Below, one piece after another: positions 18,771-26,977 of a stretch of 64,000 bases of DNA (positions within the stretch are counted from its first letter, which is position 1; each line of letters opens with the position of its first letter). The translations under genes were made by a program, and so were the position numbers. The stretch comes from an uncultured virus (IMG/VR IMGVR_UViG_3300020337_000002). Lineage: Duplodnaviria; Heunggongvirae; Uroviricota; Caudoviricetes. The stretch lies in IMG/VR virus record IMGVR_UViG_3300020337_000002; one strand, written 5' to 3'. Below the pieces are notes generated by a model. It did not search any database, was not told where the DNA came from, and saw only the letters and a list, made by a program, of their open reading frames with translations.

Positions 18771-19639
18771 CCGCATTAGGTTGTAGTCATACTTGCGGAT
18801 ATCATGTTAATGGTATGCCTGAAGATGCAGTATTGGATATTAACACTTGGCCTTTCAGTGGCAAGTGGAATGACAACAACTGGGCAGAGTTTTATACAAA
18901 CAATGCAAACAAAGACGGAGTTATATTTGCCAACAGTAGTAATGGTTGGTGGGAATATAGCGAATGGTTAAGTTTCTTGTTTAAGCAATATGATGATATT
19001 GATGAAGTAATAGTACAGAACACATACTGGAATCGTTTTAGATTAAGTATGATGGATCCACCTGATTATGAAAATATGATTCCATTAGACGAACTATACG
19101 AAAAAGAGACAACAAAAGGCAACATCGATTGTTGGTTAAAAAGATTACACAACGAAAAGAGAAATGTATTTGATATTCCTTTACAATGCTATCCGCAGGA
19201 TTATCAAGATAGATTACATTTCGAAGTAAAATTCGATCCAAGGTTTATGATGGGTAAACCAGACCTAAGAGCTGAACCTTATATGAAAGTAAAAACTTGG
19301 ATGGAAATTATGTCACTTAAAGCACAACGAGAATGGTTTAAGGAGATGTATATACTACAGGAGTTATGTAGAAGTAATGGGGCTGAACTTAAATTATTCG
19401 GCTTAAACAAATGGACTTGGATACCAGATGAAATGCTTATTCCAAAGTTAAGAAATTCTTTTTATAACTTTGACTACATCCAAGTCGCAACGAATCATGT
19501 AGAAGAATGGTTTCTACGTGAGAAAAAGGTAGACCTAACTAAAGAAACAATCGACGGAGAACATTTTGGAGAAGATGTGCATAAGACGATTGCTTTAGAA
19601 TATCTGCCACAACAATTTGAAAGGAAATCAAATGTCTAA
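18758..19639 (+). CDS. SGNH-hydrolase-like protein
   Basis: N-terminal LGCSHT.G and C-terminal DGEH. Confidence 0.55.
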   Translation: MGRVAALGCSHTCGYHVNGMPEDAVLDINTWPFSGKWNDNNWAEFYTNNANKDGVIFANSSNGWWEYSEWLSFLFKQYDDIDEVIVQNTYWNRFRLSMMDPPDYENMIPLDELYEKETTKGNIDCWLKRLHNEKRNVFDIPLQCYPQDYQDRLHFEVKFDPRFMMGKPDLRAEPYMKVKTWMEIMSLKAQREWFKEMYILQELCRSNGAELKLFGLNKWTWIPDEMLIPKLRNSFYNFDYIQVATNHVEEWFLREKKVDLTKETIDGEHFGEDVHKTIALEYLPQQFERKSNV

Positions 19640-19841
19640 TAGAACAGAAATGATCAAAGCACTTAAGAGCCATGCACAAGGGCACATTGACAAACATAAA
19701 ATGAATGTTAATGTTTACTTAGATAATAGTGTTGGTATTGGTGAGCATCCGGACGTATTAGAAGCAGTCGAAAAAGAATTGGCTGTCATCGCTCAGTACA
19801 TGGATGAATTGGAAGTATTGAACAGATATTTTCCAGAATAA
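19632..19841 (+). CDS. Small conserved phage protein
   Basis: VYL.N.VGIGEHPD motif; SD AAGGA. Confidence 0.65.
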   Translation: MSNRTEMIKALKSHAQGHIDKHKMNVNVYLDNSVGIGEHPDVLEAVEKELAVIAQYMDELEVLNRYFPE

Positions 19842-19843
19842 AC

Positions 19844-19872
19844 TTGACAAAAAACCTAAATAAGTGTATACT
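19844..19872 (+). promoter_or_regulatory. Sigma70-type promoter for folE
   Basis: TTGACA-17 nt-TATACT; a TAAATA lies inside the spacer. Confidence 0.75.
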
Positions 19873-19883
19873 ATTTAGAGTAC

Positions 19884-19910
19884 AGGCAATCCACTGCCTT
19901 AACATCGGAG
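19884..19910 (+). promoter_or_regulatory. folE leader hairpin / possible SD-sequestering pseudoknot
   Basis: AGGCA-ATCCAC-TGCCT, then TAACATC-GGAG; loop TCC is complementary to GGA of the SD. Confidence 0.4.
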
Positions 19911-19917
19911 AAGAGAA

Positions 19918-20604
19918 TTGAAGAAAAGTGAAGAAATAATACAGAAGTTACAAGACTCAGGAGATAGATACTGGGCTGGTGACAACATATCTAAGCATCT
20001 ACAACCAGGTGACAAAGAAGCACTTATCGAAGAACTTACACCAAAGTTTGAAGAAGTGCTTGATAGCTTGGTTATAGATCGTTTTAATGATCCTAACAGT
20101 ATGGACACTGGTAAACGTCTAGCAAAGATGTACATCAATGAACTAATGTCAGGTCGTTATAACCCAATGCCTAATGCAACTGCATTTCCTAATCATATTG
20201 AAGATGGCTATAAGGGTATGCTTGTTGTAAGAAGCGAAATTAAAAGTATGTGTTCACATCATCACCAACCAGTGAGTGGTGTTGCATACATTGGTATTAT
20301 TGCCGCGGAAACACTTATAGGACTTTCTAAGTACACACGTATTGCCCAATGGTGTGCAAGACGTGGAACACTACAAGAAGAACTTAATAATGTTATTGCT
20401 AATGAGATTCAACAAGCAACTAACAGTCCTAACGTAGGTGTTTACATTCAAGCAACACATGGTTGTTGTGAGAACAGAGGTATTATGGCAAGAAGTAGTT
20501 TAACACAAACTACAGTTTTACGTGGTGCTTTTAATGAAGACATGGGTACTAAAAAAGAGTTTATGGATAACATTAAATTACAACAGGAGTTTGCACGTGA
20601 TTAA
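19918..20604 (+). CDS. folE: GTP cyclohydrolase I
   Basis: DT..RLAKMY, SMCSHH, IGLSKYTR, LQE, H.CC..RG. Confidence 0.95.
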   Translation: MKKSEEIIQKLQDSGDRYWAGDNISKHLQPGDKEALIEELTPKFEEVLDSLVIDRFNDPNSMDTGKRLAKMYINELMSGRYNPMPNATAFPNHIEDGYKGMLVVRSEIKSMCSHHHQPVSGVAYIGIIAAETLIGLSKYTRIAQWCARRGTLQEELNNVIANEIQQATNSPNVGVYIQATHGCCENRGIMARSSLTQTTVLRGAFNEDMGTKKEFMDNIKLQQEFARD

Positions 20605-20980
20605 GGAATGGATTGTATCAGGTTGGAATGGTATTATGGATCATAAGATTAATCCATTAAGACATATTCCAGACTTACAAGTGCGTCATATGATGATGCA
20701 GGTGTTAGCATTTATGTGGTCAAGTATTTTTGCAATTTTAATTGTAGATAGTGTATGGGCATTTGGTATTAGTGCTATTGCTCATATCATGTTTATCGGA
20801 GGAGTGGTTATTACTGTTGCAACATTTAAGGTTGCTGAAAGTAATCCAAACGCCTTTAACTTTGTTAAAGGATATCACTCATATGGTAGAGGCAGAGGTC
20901 ATGTTATTATGAGAGATAAAAATGGTAATCCTTATAAAGTAAACTTGCCTAAAGGTGATCCAGGTGGTGAGCATGAATAA
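20597..20980 (+). CDS. Membrane protein
   Basis: GTG 20597 after AGGAG; two hydrophobic helices; ends DPGGEHE. Confidence 0.65.
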   Translation: MIKEWIVSGWNGIMDHKINPLRHIPDLQVRHMMMQVLAFMWSSIFAILIVDSVWAFGISAIAHIMFIGGVVITVATFKVAESNPNAFNFVKGYHSYGRGRGHVIMRDKNGNPYKVNLPKGDPGGEHE

Positions 20981-21083
20981 GAAAAGTTTTAAATGGGTTA
21001 TATTAGATAACCTACCAACAATATGGGTTGGGTTAGTATTTGCATTTGGTTTAATACTAGCGGCCAATCATGCAGGAGTATAA
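20973..21083 (+). CDS. 36 aa single-helix membrane peptide (not in the ORF track)
   Basis: MNKKSFKWVILDNLPTIWVGLVFAFGLILAANHAGV; fills the gap exactly. Confidence 0.5.
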   Translation: MNKKSFKWVILDNLPTIWVGLVFAFGLILAANHAGV

Positions 21084-21084
21084 G

Positions 21085-21333
21085 ATGCCAATACCAGAAA
21101 AGATTATTATCCCCGCAAGTAAAGATCCAGGCGACAATCACTTTGCAATAAGTCTAGTAAAAAGTGTTTTCAGATTTGTAGCAAGTGGACTTTTAGTTTG
21201 GGCAGGGTATATACTGTGGTCAGCAAATGAATATTCAGATATTTTTATTGCTGATTCCGGTTTTATGTTAATGGGAGCAGGAGCAGTTCTGTTCTTAGCA
21301 GAAGTTTTAGGAATCATAGAGGAGATTGTATAA
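21085..21333 (+). CDS. Membrane protein
   Basis: ATG 21085 after AGGAG; two TM helices; ends AEVLGIIEE. Confidence 0.65.
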   Translation: MPIPEKIIIPASKDPGDNHFAISLVKSVFRFVASGLLVWAGYILWSANEYSDIFIADSGFMLMGAGAVLFLAEVLGIIEEIV

Positions 21334-21518
21334 TGGAGGATGGTCCAATGAAAGCTCACGTAGAACGTGATACTGTAGGCGTTGTGAAACAAGAGTTCAT
21401 TACGTATCGTAAGAAGAACGGTATGCTTGTAAAAGAAAGTACTGTAAGACAGTTTCATAGTAACGGTGACTATAACGATAGTTATTTTGATGAACCCCTT
21501 TGTAAAATAAGTGATTAA
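21333..21518 (+). CDS. Hypothetical protein
   Basis: 61 aa; TAATG coupling and SD GAGGAG. Confidence 0.6.
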   Translation: MEDGPMKAHVERDTVGVVKQEFITYRKKNGMLVKESTVRQFHSNGDYNDSYFDEPLCKISD

Positions 21519-21520
21519 AT

Positions 21521-22417
21521 ATGGCAGAGAAAAAAGTATATTACAGTGAGATATTTCATTCCATACAAGGTGAAGGACACTATACAGGTGTGCCTACTGC
21601 TTGGATACGTTTCTTTTTATGTAATTTACAATGCAGTGGTTTTGGACAGATAGATCCTACTAATCCAGAAACATATGATTTGCCGTTTTTAGATTATGAT
21701 GTTAGCCAGGTAAAAAGAGTTGAAGACTTGCCTGTGTGGGAAAAAGGTTGTGATAGTTCTTATACTTGGGCAAAGAAATATAAACATCTAATGGGACAGG
21801 AAGTTCCTAGTGTGTTAGCAAATAAGATTGTTGATATACTAAAGACAGAGTCGAACCCAGAAGGTAAGTTCTTACATCCTATGAGTAAGCAAAGACAACA
21901 CTTATGTTTTACAGGTGGTGAGCCTTTGATGGTCACAGGACAGTTAGCAAGTGTTGGTATATATGAAGAATTATTAAAACAAGGTAATTTACCCGAGTCG
22001 ATGACTTTTGAAACTAACGGTACACAAAAGTTAAAAGAGCCTTTTAAAGAATGGGCTACAGGAATTGATCAAGAAGTATTCTTTAGTTGTAGTCCTAAAC
22101 TGTTTACAGTATCAGGTGAAGAATCTAAAAAAGCAATTATTCCAGAAGTAGTTGGAGAATACAGACAAGTTTCTAAAGCAGGACAATTAAAATTTGTTGT
22201 AGGCTCTGAGCAAAGACAATGGGACGAAATGGATTCTGCTATAGAAAAATTTAGAGCAGAAGGTGTAGATTGGCCTGTATGGGTTATGCCTGTAGGAGCC
22301 AGAGAAGAAGAGCAAACTGCAACAGCCGGAGACGTTGCTAAACTGGCTTTTCAACGAGGATATAATGTGGCGGCAAGAGTACACGTTTATCTATTCGGAA
22401 ATGCAATAGGCACTTAA
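21521..22417 (+). CDS. queE: 7-carboxy-7-deazaguanine synthase (radical SAM)
   Basis: EIFHSIQGEG...G.P...IRF..CNLQC...CDS.Y.W, TGGEP, ETNGT, SPK, R.H..LFGN. Confidence 0.9.
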   Translation: MAEKKVYYSEIFHSIQGEGHYTGVPTAWIRFFLCNLQCSGFGQIDPTNPETYDLPFLDYDVSQVKRVEDLPVWEKGCDSSYTWAKKYKHLMGQEVPSVLANKIVDILKTESNPEGKFLHPMSKQRQHLCFTGGEPLMVTGQLASVGIYEELLKQGNLPESMTFETNGTQKLKEPFKEWATGIDQEVFFSCSPKLFTVSGEESKKAIIPEVVGEYRQVSKAGQLKFVVGSEQRQWDEMDSAIEKFRAEGVDWPVWVMPVGAREEEQTATAGDVAKLAFQRGYNVAARVHVYLFGNAIGT

Positions 22418-22427
22418 GGAGGCCATT

Positions 22428-22769
22428 ATGAGATTATTAATAGCAATACTAATTTTATTTACTGCGGTAGCAGTTTACACAGATGCGAATGCAGGCGAAT
22501 GGCAAGACAAACCAATCGTTTGTGTTACCGAATCTGAAATGAAACAAGGGTTGGCAAATAGAGGAGAAATCAAACTATTTGAGTCAATCCAAATAACAAC
22601 TGTACGTGATGGAACTGGATTGTCAGGTATTCCGGCATATTTGCCGCTGTCAATATACGTCAGTCCAACGACAAAATCATATACAATAATAGAGTACCAT
22701 CCTGGTTATGAGAGCTATTGTATTATTAGTTATGGCACGGATTGGACAATAAAAGGAAAAAACTTATGA
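22428..22769 (+). CDS. Exported hypothetical protein
   Basis: Signal peptide MRLLIAILILFTAVAVYTDANA; two Cys. Confidence 0.65.
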   Translation: MRLLIAILILFTAVAVYTDANAGEWQDKPIVCVTESEMKQGLANRGEIKLFESIQITTVRDGTGLSGIPAYLPLSIYVSPTTKSYTIIEYHPGYESYCIISYGTDWTIKGKNL

Positions 22770-23149
22770 AAGACTTTATAAACAAAGTTAAAGATAAGTT
22801 CGTTAAGAAAGAAAAGGTTGCAGAAACATCTGAAGAGAAAAGACTGCGTCTTTTACAAGAAGAAAAGAAACAAGCAACAAAAGACAAAAAACCTTGGGTT
22901 GCAGTTTTGAATACTCATGTTAATGAAAAAGACATTAAGAATGGGTTCTTTGAGCTTGATTGGAATAACGAATTTATTGAACAACTACTTGATGCAGGTT
23001 ATTCTGGGGAAACAAATGAGCAGATTGTTGATGCATGGTTCAAAACTATTGCAAGAAACATTTTGGAAGAACAAGGTTTGGATCCTAAAAGAGAAGCTGG
23101 TCATATAAAGATCAATAAACGAAAAGACGGTAAGACAGAAGTTAGTTGA
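22766..23149 (+). CDS. Conserved phage hypothetical protein
   Basis: GFFELDWN..FI..L..AGY.G; ATGA coupling. Confidence 0.7.
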   Translation: MKDFINKVKDKFVKKEKVAETSEEKRLRLLQEEKKQATKDKKPWVAVLNTHVNEKDIKNGFFELDWNNEFIEQLLDAGYSGETNEQIVDAWFKTIARNILEEQGLDPKREAGHIKINKRKDGKTEVS

Positions 23150-23174
23150 CAACGTGCTAATTTTGTGCTATAAT
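23146..23174 (+). promoter_or_regulatory. Consensus sigma70 promoter with extended -10
   Basis: TTGACA-17 nt-TATAAT with TGc. Confidence 0.85.
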
Positions 23175-23208
23175 TTAAACATAATAGTAAATTAAATAGG
23201 TTAATGTT

Positions 23209-24195
23209 ATGAAATATGTTTTGGTAGATACTGCTAATACTTTCTTTAGAGCTCGCCATGTAGTACGAGGCGAATTGGATATAAAGGTAGGTATGGCATT
23301 TCATATTACTTTTAATAGTTTGAAAAAGGCATGGAATGATTTCGATGCTGATCATATTGTATTTTGTATGGAAGGTAGAAGTTGGCGTAAAGATGTTTAT
23401 GCTCCATACAAACGTAATAGACAAGAATCACGTGATGCACTAACAGAAGCACAACAACAAGAAGAAAAAACGTTCTGGGAAACGTTTGATAATTTTAAGA
23501 ATTTTATTACAGAAAAAACAAACTGTACAGTTCTACAACATGATGAACTTGAAGCAGATGATTTGATTGCAGGTTGGGTACAAGCACACCCTGATGATGA
23601 ACACGTTATTATCAGTACAGATGGTGACTTTGCACAATTGATTAGTCCTAAGGTTGCACAATACAATGGTGTTAGCAATACAACTATTACACATGAAGGT
23701 TACTTTGATGATAAGGGTAAACGTGTAATTGATAACAAGACTAAACAAGAGAAGCCTGCACCTAACCCTGAGTGGTTATTGTTTGAAAAATGTATGCGAG
23801 GTGACACTAGTGATAACGTGTTTAGTGCTTACCCTGGCGTTAGAGTAAAAGGCACAAAGAACAAAGTAGGCTTACAAGAGGCATTTGCAGATAAAAGCAA
23901 CAAAGGCTATGCTTGGAATAACTTGATGTTACAACGTTGGGTTGATCATGATGGTAAGGAACACAGAGTATTAGATGACTATAATAGAAATGTAATGCTA
24001 TGTGATCTTTCTGCACAACCTGAAAATGTAAAAGAAAAGATTATGACAACAATTAAAGAAAATGCACAACCTAAGAACATAAAGCAAGTTGGGTTGCGTC
24101 TAATGAAATTCTGTGCATTATATGATATGCAAAGAATAACTGATAATGCTCAGGCTTATGCTGAGCCATTACAAGCGAGGTATCCTGTATTATGA
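23209..24195 (+). CDS. rnh: T4 RNase H-like 5'-3' exonuclease (FEN family)
   Basis: LVDTAN.FFR, SWRK...YK.NR, EADDLI, STDGDF.QL, GDTSDNV. Confidence 0.9.
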   Translation: MKYVLVDTANTFFRARHVVRGELDIKVGMAFHITFNSLKKAWNDFDADHIVFCMEGRSWRKDVYAPYKRNRQESRDALTEAQQQEEKTFWETFDNFKNFITEKTNCTVLQHDELEADDLIAGWVQAHPDDEHVIISTDGDFAQLISPKVAQYNGVSNTTITHEGYFDDKGKRVIDNKTKQEKPAPNPEWLLFEKCMRGDTSDNVFSAYPGVRVKGTKNKVGLQEAFADKSNKGYAWNNLMLQRWVDHDGKEHRVLDDYNRNVMLCDLSAQPENVKEKIMTTIKENAQPKNIKQVGLRLMKFCALYDMQRITDNAQAYAEPLQARYPVL

Positions 24196-24674
24196 CAAGT
24201 TTAAAAGCAAAAGAAATTTTAAAAAATAAATTTTGGATCATCGAGGATGCTGACAGTAAGAATAAAGTTGGCACGTTATCCAAAGATAATGACAATAGAT
24301 ATATGTATAGTTGCGACACTGGTTCATACTTCTATGATAATAAGAACCAAGTAGAAAAGACACTTGGTGAGATACTATGGACAAAAGGTACAATATCAGA
24401 TAAACAAGATGTAAGTAAAGAGATATACAAACTACCTACATCAACTACGCCTTACAATGCTATGTTTGATTTAAAACGTAAATTTGCATTGTTTACAAAA
24501 AGTAAAAAATCCAAGAGCCTATACTGTGCAGGTTATTTTTGCATTAGTTTTGAAAAGGGTTGGGTAAAAAGTTTTTGTCCGAAGCTAGTTACACTAGAGA
24601 AGTATCAACATAAAGGACCATTTAAGACTGAATTAGAAATGCGTCAGGAGTTAAGTAATGTCAACAGAGGTTAA
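24192..24674 (+). CDS. Conserved phage hypothetical protein
   Basis: FTKS.KSKS.YCAG, SFCPK, GPFK. Confidence 0.7.
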   Translation: MTSLKAKEILKNKFWIIEDADSKNKVGTLSKDNDNRYMYSCDTGSYFYDNKNQVEKTLGEILWTKGTISDKQDVSKEIYKLPTSTTPYNAMFDLKRKFALFTKSKKSKSLYCAGYFCISFEKGWVKSFCPKLVTLEKYQHKGPFKTELEMRQELSNVNRG

Positions 24675-24900
24675 ACCTTTAAACCCTATACCACTTCAAC
24701 AGTTCATTGATAGAGTAAAAGTTGCTGATGCTAGTAAGCAACCTGAGATCAGACTTACACTACAAGAATCTAAGATACTTGCATTTACACTAGGCGAAGT
24801 AATGTCTAGATTGCATGGTGATTTAGAGAAGCTAGTAGATCAACAAAATAAAACAGAAGAAGTCATTAACGTTACCGCAGACGGCGGTCAACAGTGGTAG
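24658..24900 (+). CDS. Hypothetical protein
   Basis: 80 aa; SD AGGAG. Confidence 0.65.
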   Translation: MSTEVKPLNPIPLQQFIDRVKVADASKQPEIRLTLQESKILAFTLGEVMSRLHGDLEKLVDQQNKTEEVINVTADGGQQW

Positions 24901-24966
24901 CAGTTATCCTATAAACTACGTATATTACTATCTCTTTGAGATAAATATATGTATAGAGGATAACAA

Positions 24967-25257
24967 ATGAGCAGACCTAAACCAACAGTTGTTTTAGAAA
25001 ATATCAATAGAAAAACTTACAAGTCCGAGCAGGTCTTGGAGGCTGAAGCTATATGGGCCGTCTTTCACAAAGATAAGCCTTTTAATTTGAAAAGTTCTAA
25101 CACACTAACAAACTACCCTGGACCTAAATACAAAAAGGTATCTTTCTCTAATCCAGGCCATGCACACAATTTAGCTAAAAAATTAAACGACCTTTTTACA
25201 AGCGAAGACTTTACAGTTGTTAAGTTAACTTCCGGCGAAACAGTTAAGGAAGAGTAA
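24967..25257 (+). CDS. Conserved phage hypothetical protein
   Basis: MSRPKP..., KYKKVSFSNPGHA; preceded by ATAAATA at 24941-24947. Confidence 0.7.
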   Translation: MSRPKPTVVLENINRKTYKSEQVLEAEAIWAVFHKDKPFNLKSSNTLTNYPGPKYKKVSFSNPGHAHNLAKKLNDLFTSEDFTVVKLTSGETVKEE

Positions 25258-25652
25258 TGAACTGGAAAGAAACCTATACCAAGGTATTCTTGAAACAGGC
25301 CGATATTGCAATAAGCGATAGCTCTATGGCAGAGTATATGCCTAAGTGGTGGCAGAATACTAGAGGTAAAGAAACTGGTGGTCTTAGACTAACAGAAGAA
25401 GGTATGCTTTTCTTAATGGAAAAGATAGAACTAGCTACGTATGAAGTTCCATTTCCAGCAGACTTTAAAATAACTACCCAAGTTATTATATTTTTGGACA
25501 AGTTTATTGACTGTCCATACTACCTAACCAATCGTGGAATCACAGTAACGGAAGAAAAGAAAGCACTCGAACTGCATCTTTTCAGTGGTGATGTCCGAAA
25601 ATATGGCTTGAACAAAGCTCTAAAACGGACAGATGAATTGGTAAACCCTTGA
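25257..25652 (+). CDS. Conserved phage hypothetical protein
   Basis: WW.N.R....GGLRLT, CPYY; TAATG coupling. Confidence 0.7.
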   Translation: MNWKETYTKVFLKQADIAISDSSMAEYMPKWWQNTRGKETGGLRLTEEGMLFLMEKIELATYEVPFPADFKITTQVIIFLDKFIDCPYYLTNRGITVTEEKKALELHLFSGDVRKYGLNKALKRTDELVNP

Positions 25653-25693
25653 TTTTACTACATAATTTTTCTTAAAAAAATTGCATTTTCTGG

Positions 25694-25722
25694 TTGACCT
25701 TTTGAGTAATAGGTGTTATTAT
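25694..25722 (+). promoter_or_regulatory. Sigma70-type promoter with extended -10 and AT-rich upstream element
   Basis: TTGACC-17 nt-TATTAT with TGt; A/T tract at 25663-25688. Confidence 0.7.
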
Positions 25723-25782
25723 ATATACATACTTAGAAATTAAGTATGGCACTGAAAACAAAACGTAACAAAGGAGTACAAA

Positions 25783-26874
25783 GTGGAAAACATCGCAGTT
25801 AGACAAGTTAGTCCAAATGGTGCAAAGAAGAGCATTATTAGGGCATTCAAAAAACAAAGACCAATTTTTATTTGGGGACCTCCAGGTATTGGTAAATCAG
25901 ACATCGTTGGACAAATTGGTTCAGATATGTCAGCATTAGTAATTGACATTAGATTGTCATTATGGGATCCAACAGACATTAAGGGTATCCCTTATTATGC
26001 GGCAAACGATAATACAATGAAATGGGCACCGCCTGTTGAATTGCCAGATGAAAAATTGGCTAAGAAGCATAAGCATATTATTTTATTCTTAGACGAAATG
26101 AATTCAGCCGCTCCGGCAGTACAAGCCGCGGCATATCAACTTATTCTTAATAGAAGGGTTGGTACTTATAAATTACCTGATAATGTTTTGATTGTTGCCG
26201 CTGGTAACAGAGAAGCAGATAAGGGTGTAACTTACAGGATGCCAAGTCCATTGGCAAACAGATTTGTTCACTTAGAAATTAAAGTGGACTTTGATGACTG
26301 GTTTGCTTGGGCAGTACAAAATGATGTACACCAAGATGTAGTAGGTTACTTGTCATTTAGCAAGAAGGACTTATATGACTTTGATCCTAAGAGTCCAAGT
26401 CGTTCTTTTGCTACACCTCGTTCGTGGTCATTTGTTTCCGATTTATTGGAAGACGATGACGATGAAACAACCACAACAGATCTTGTTAGTGGTTCAGTCG
26501 GCGAAGGACTAGCCGTTAAGTTTATGGCACACAGAAAAGTGTCAGCTCAATTACCTAACCCTAGCGAAGTACTTGCTGGTAAGGTAAAAACAATGGAAAC
26601 TAAAGAAATCAGTGCCATGTATTCCTTGACTGTTTCATTGTGTTATGAGTTGAAAGAAGCTAGTGATAAGAGCGATAAAAAGTTTGACGACAAAGTTAAT
26701 AACTTTTTACGTTTTGCGATGGACAATTTTGATACCGAATTGGTTGTCATGGGTATCAAATTAGCTCTTACACAATATCAACTTCCAATCGATCCAGATG
26801 AAGTTGAGTGCTTTGATGAGTTCCATGAACGTTTCGGCAAGTATATTAAAGCCGCACAAGGAGATGGTAGCTAA
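25783..26874 (+). CDS. MoxR-type AAA+ ATPase
   Basis: Walker A GPPGIGKS, Walker B ILFLDE, AAGNR, LANRF, TPRSW. Confidence 0.9.
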   Translation: MENIAVRQVSPNGAKKSIIRAFKKQRPIFIWGPPGIGKSDIVGQIGSDMSALVIDIRLSLWDPTDIKGIPYYAANDNTMKWAPPVELPDEKLAKKHKHIILFLDEMNSAAPAVQAAAYQLILNRRVGTYKLPDNVLIVAAGNREADKGVTYRMPSPLANRFVHLEIKVDFDDWFAWAVQNDVHQDVVGYLSFSKKDLYDFDPKSPSRSFATPRSWSFVSDLLEDDDDETTTTDLVSGSVGEGLAVKFMAHRKVSAQLPNPSEVLAGKVKTMETKEISAMYSLTVSLCYELKEASDKSDKKFDDKVNNFLRFAMDNFDTELVVMGIKLALTQYQLPIDPDEVECFDEFHERFGKYIKAAQGDGS

Positions 26875-26888
26875 TATTTTGGCTATTA

Positions 26889-26923
26889 GGGGAGGATCTT
26901 TTTTGGTTCTCCCCGCTCTTTTT
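26889..26923 (+). terminator. Intrinsic terminator
   Basis: GGGGAGGATC/GGTTCTCCCC stem followed by gctcTTTTT. Confidence 0.7.
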
Positions 26924-26925
26924 GG

Positions 26926-26954
26926 TTGACAAACTCAATTAAATATACTATAAT
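26926..26954 (+). promoter_or_regulatory. Consensus sigma70 promoter
   Basis: TTGACA-17 nt-TATAAT. Confidence 0.8.
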
Positions 26955-26977
26955 ATACATATAACAATTAGGAAAAG

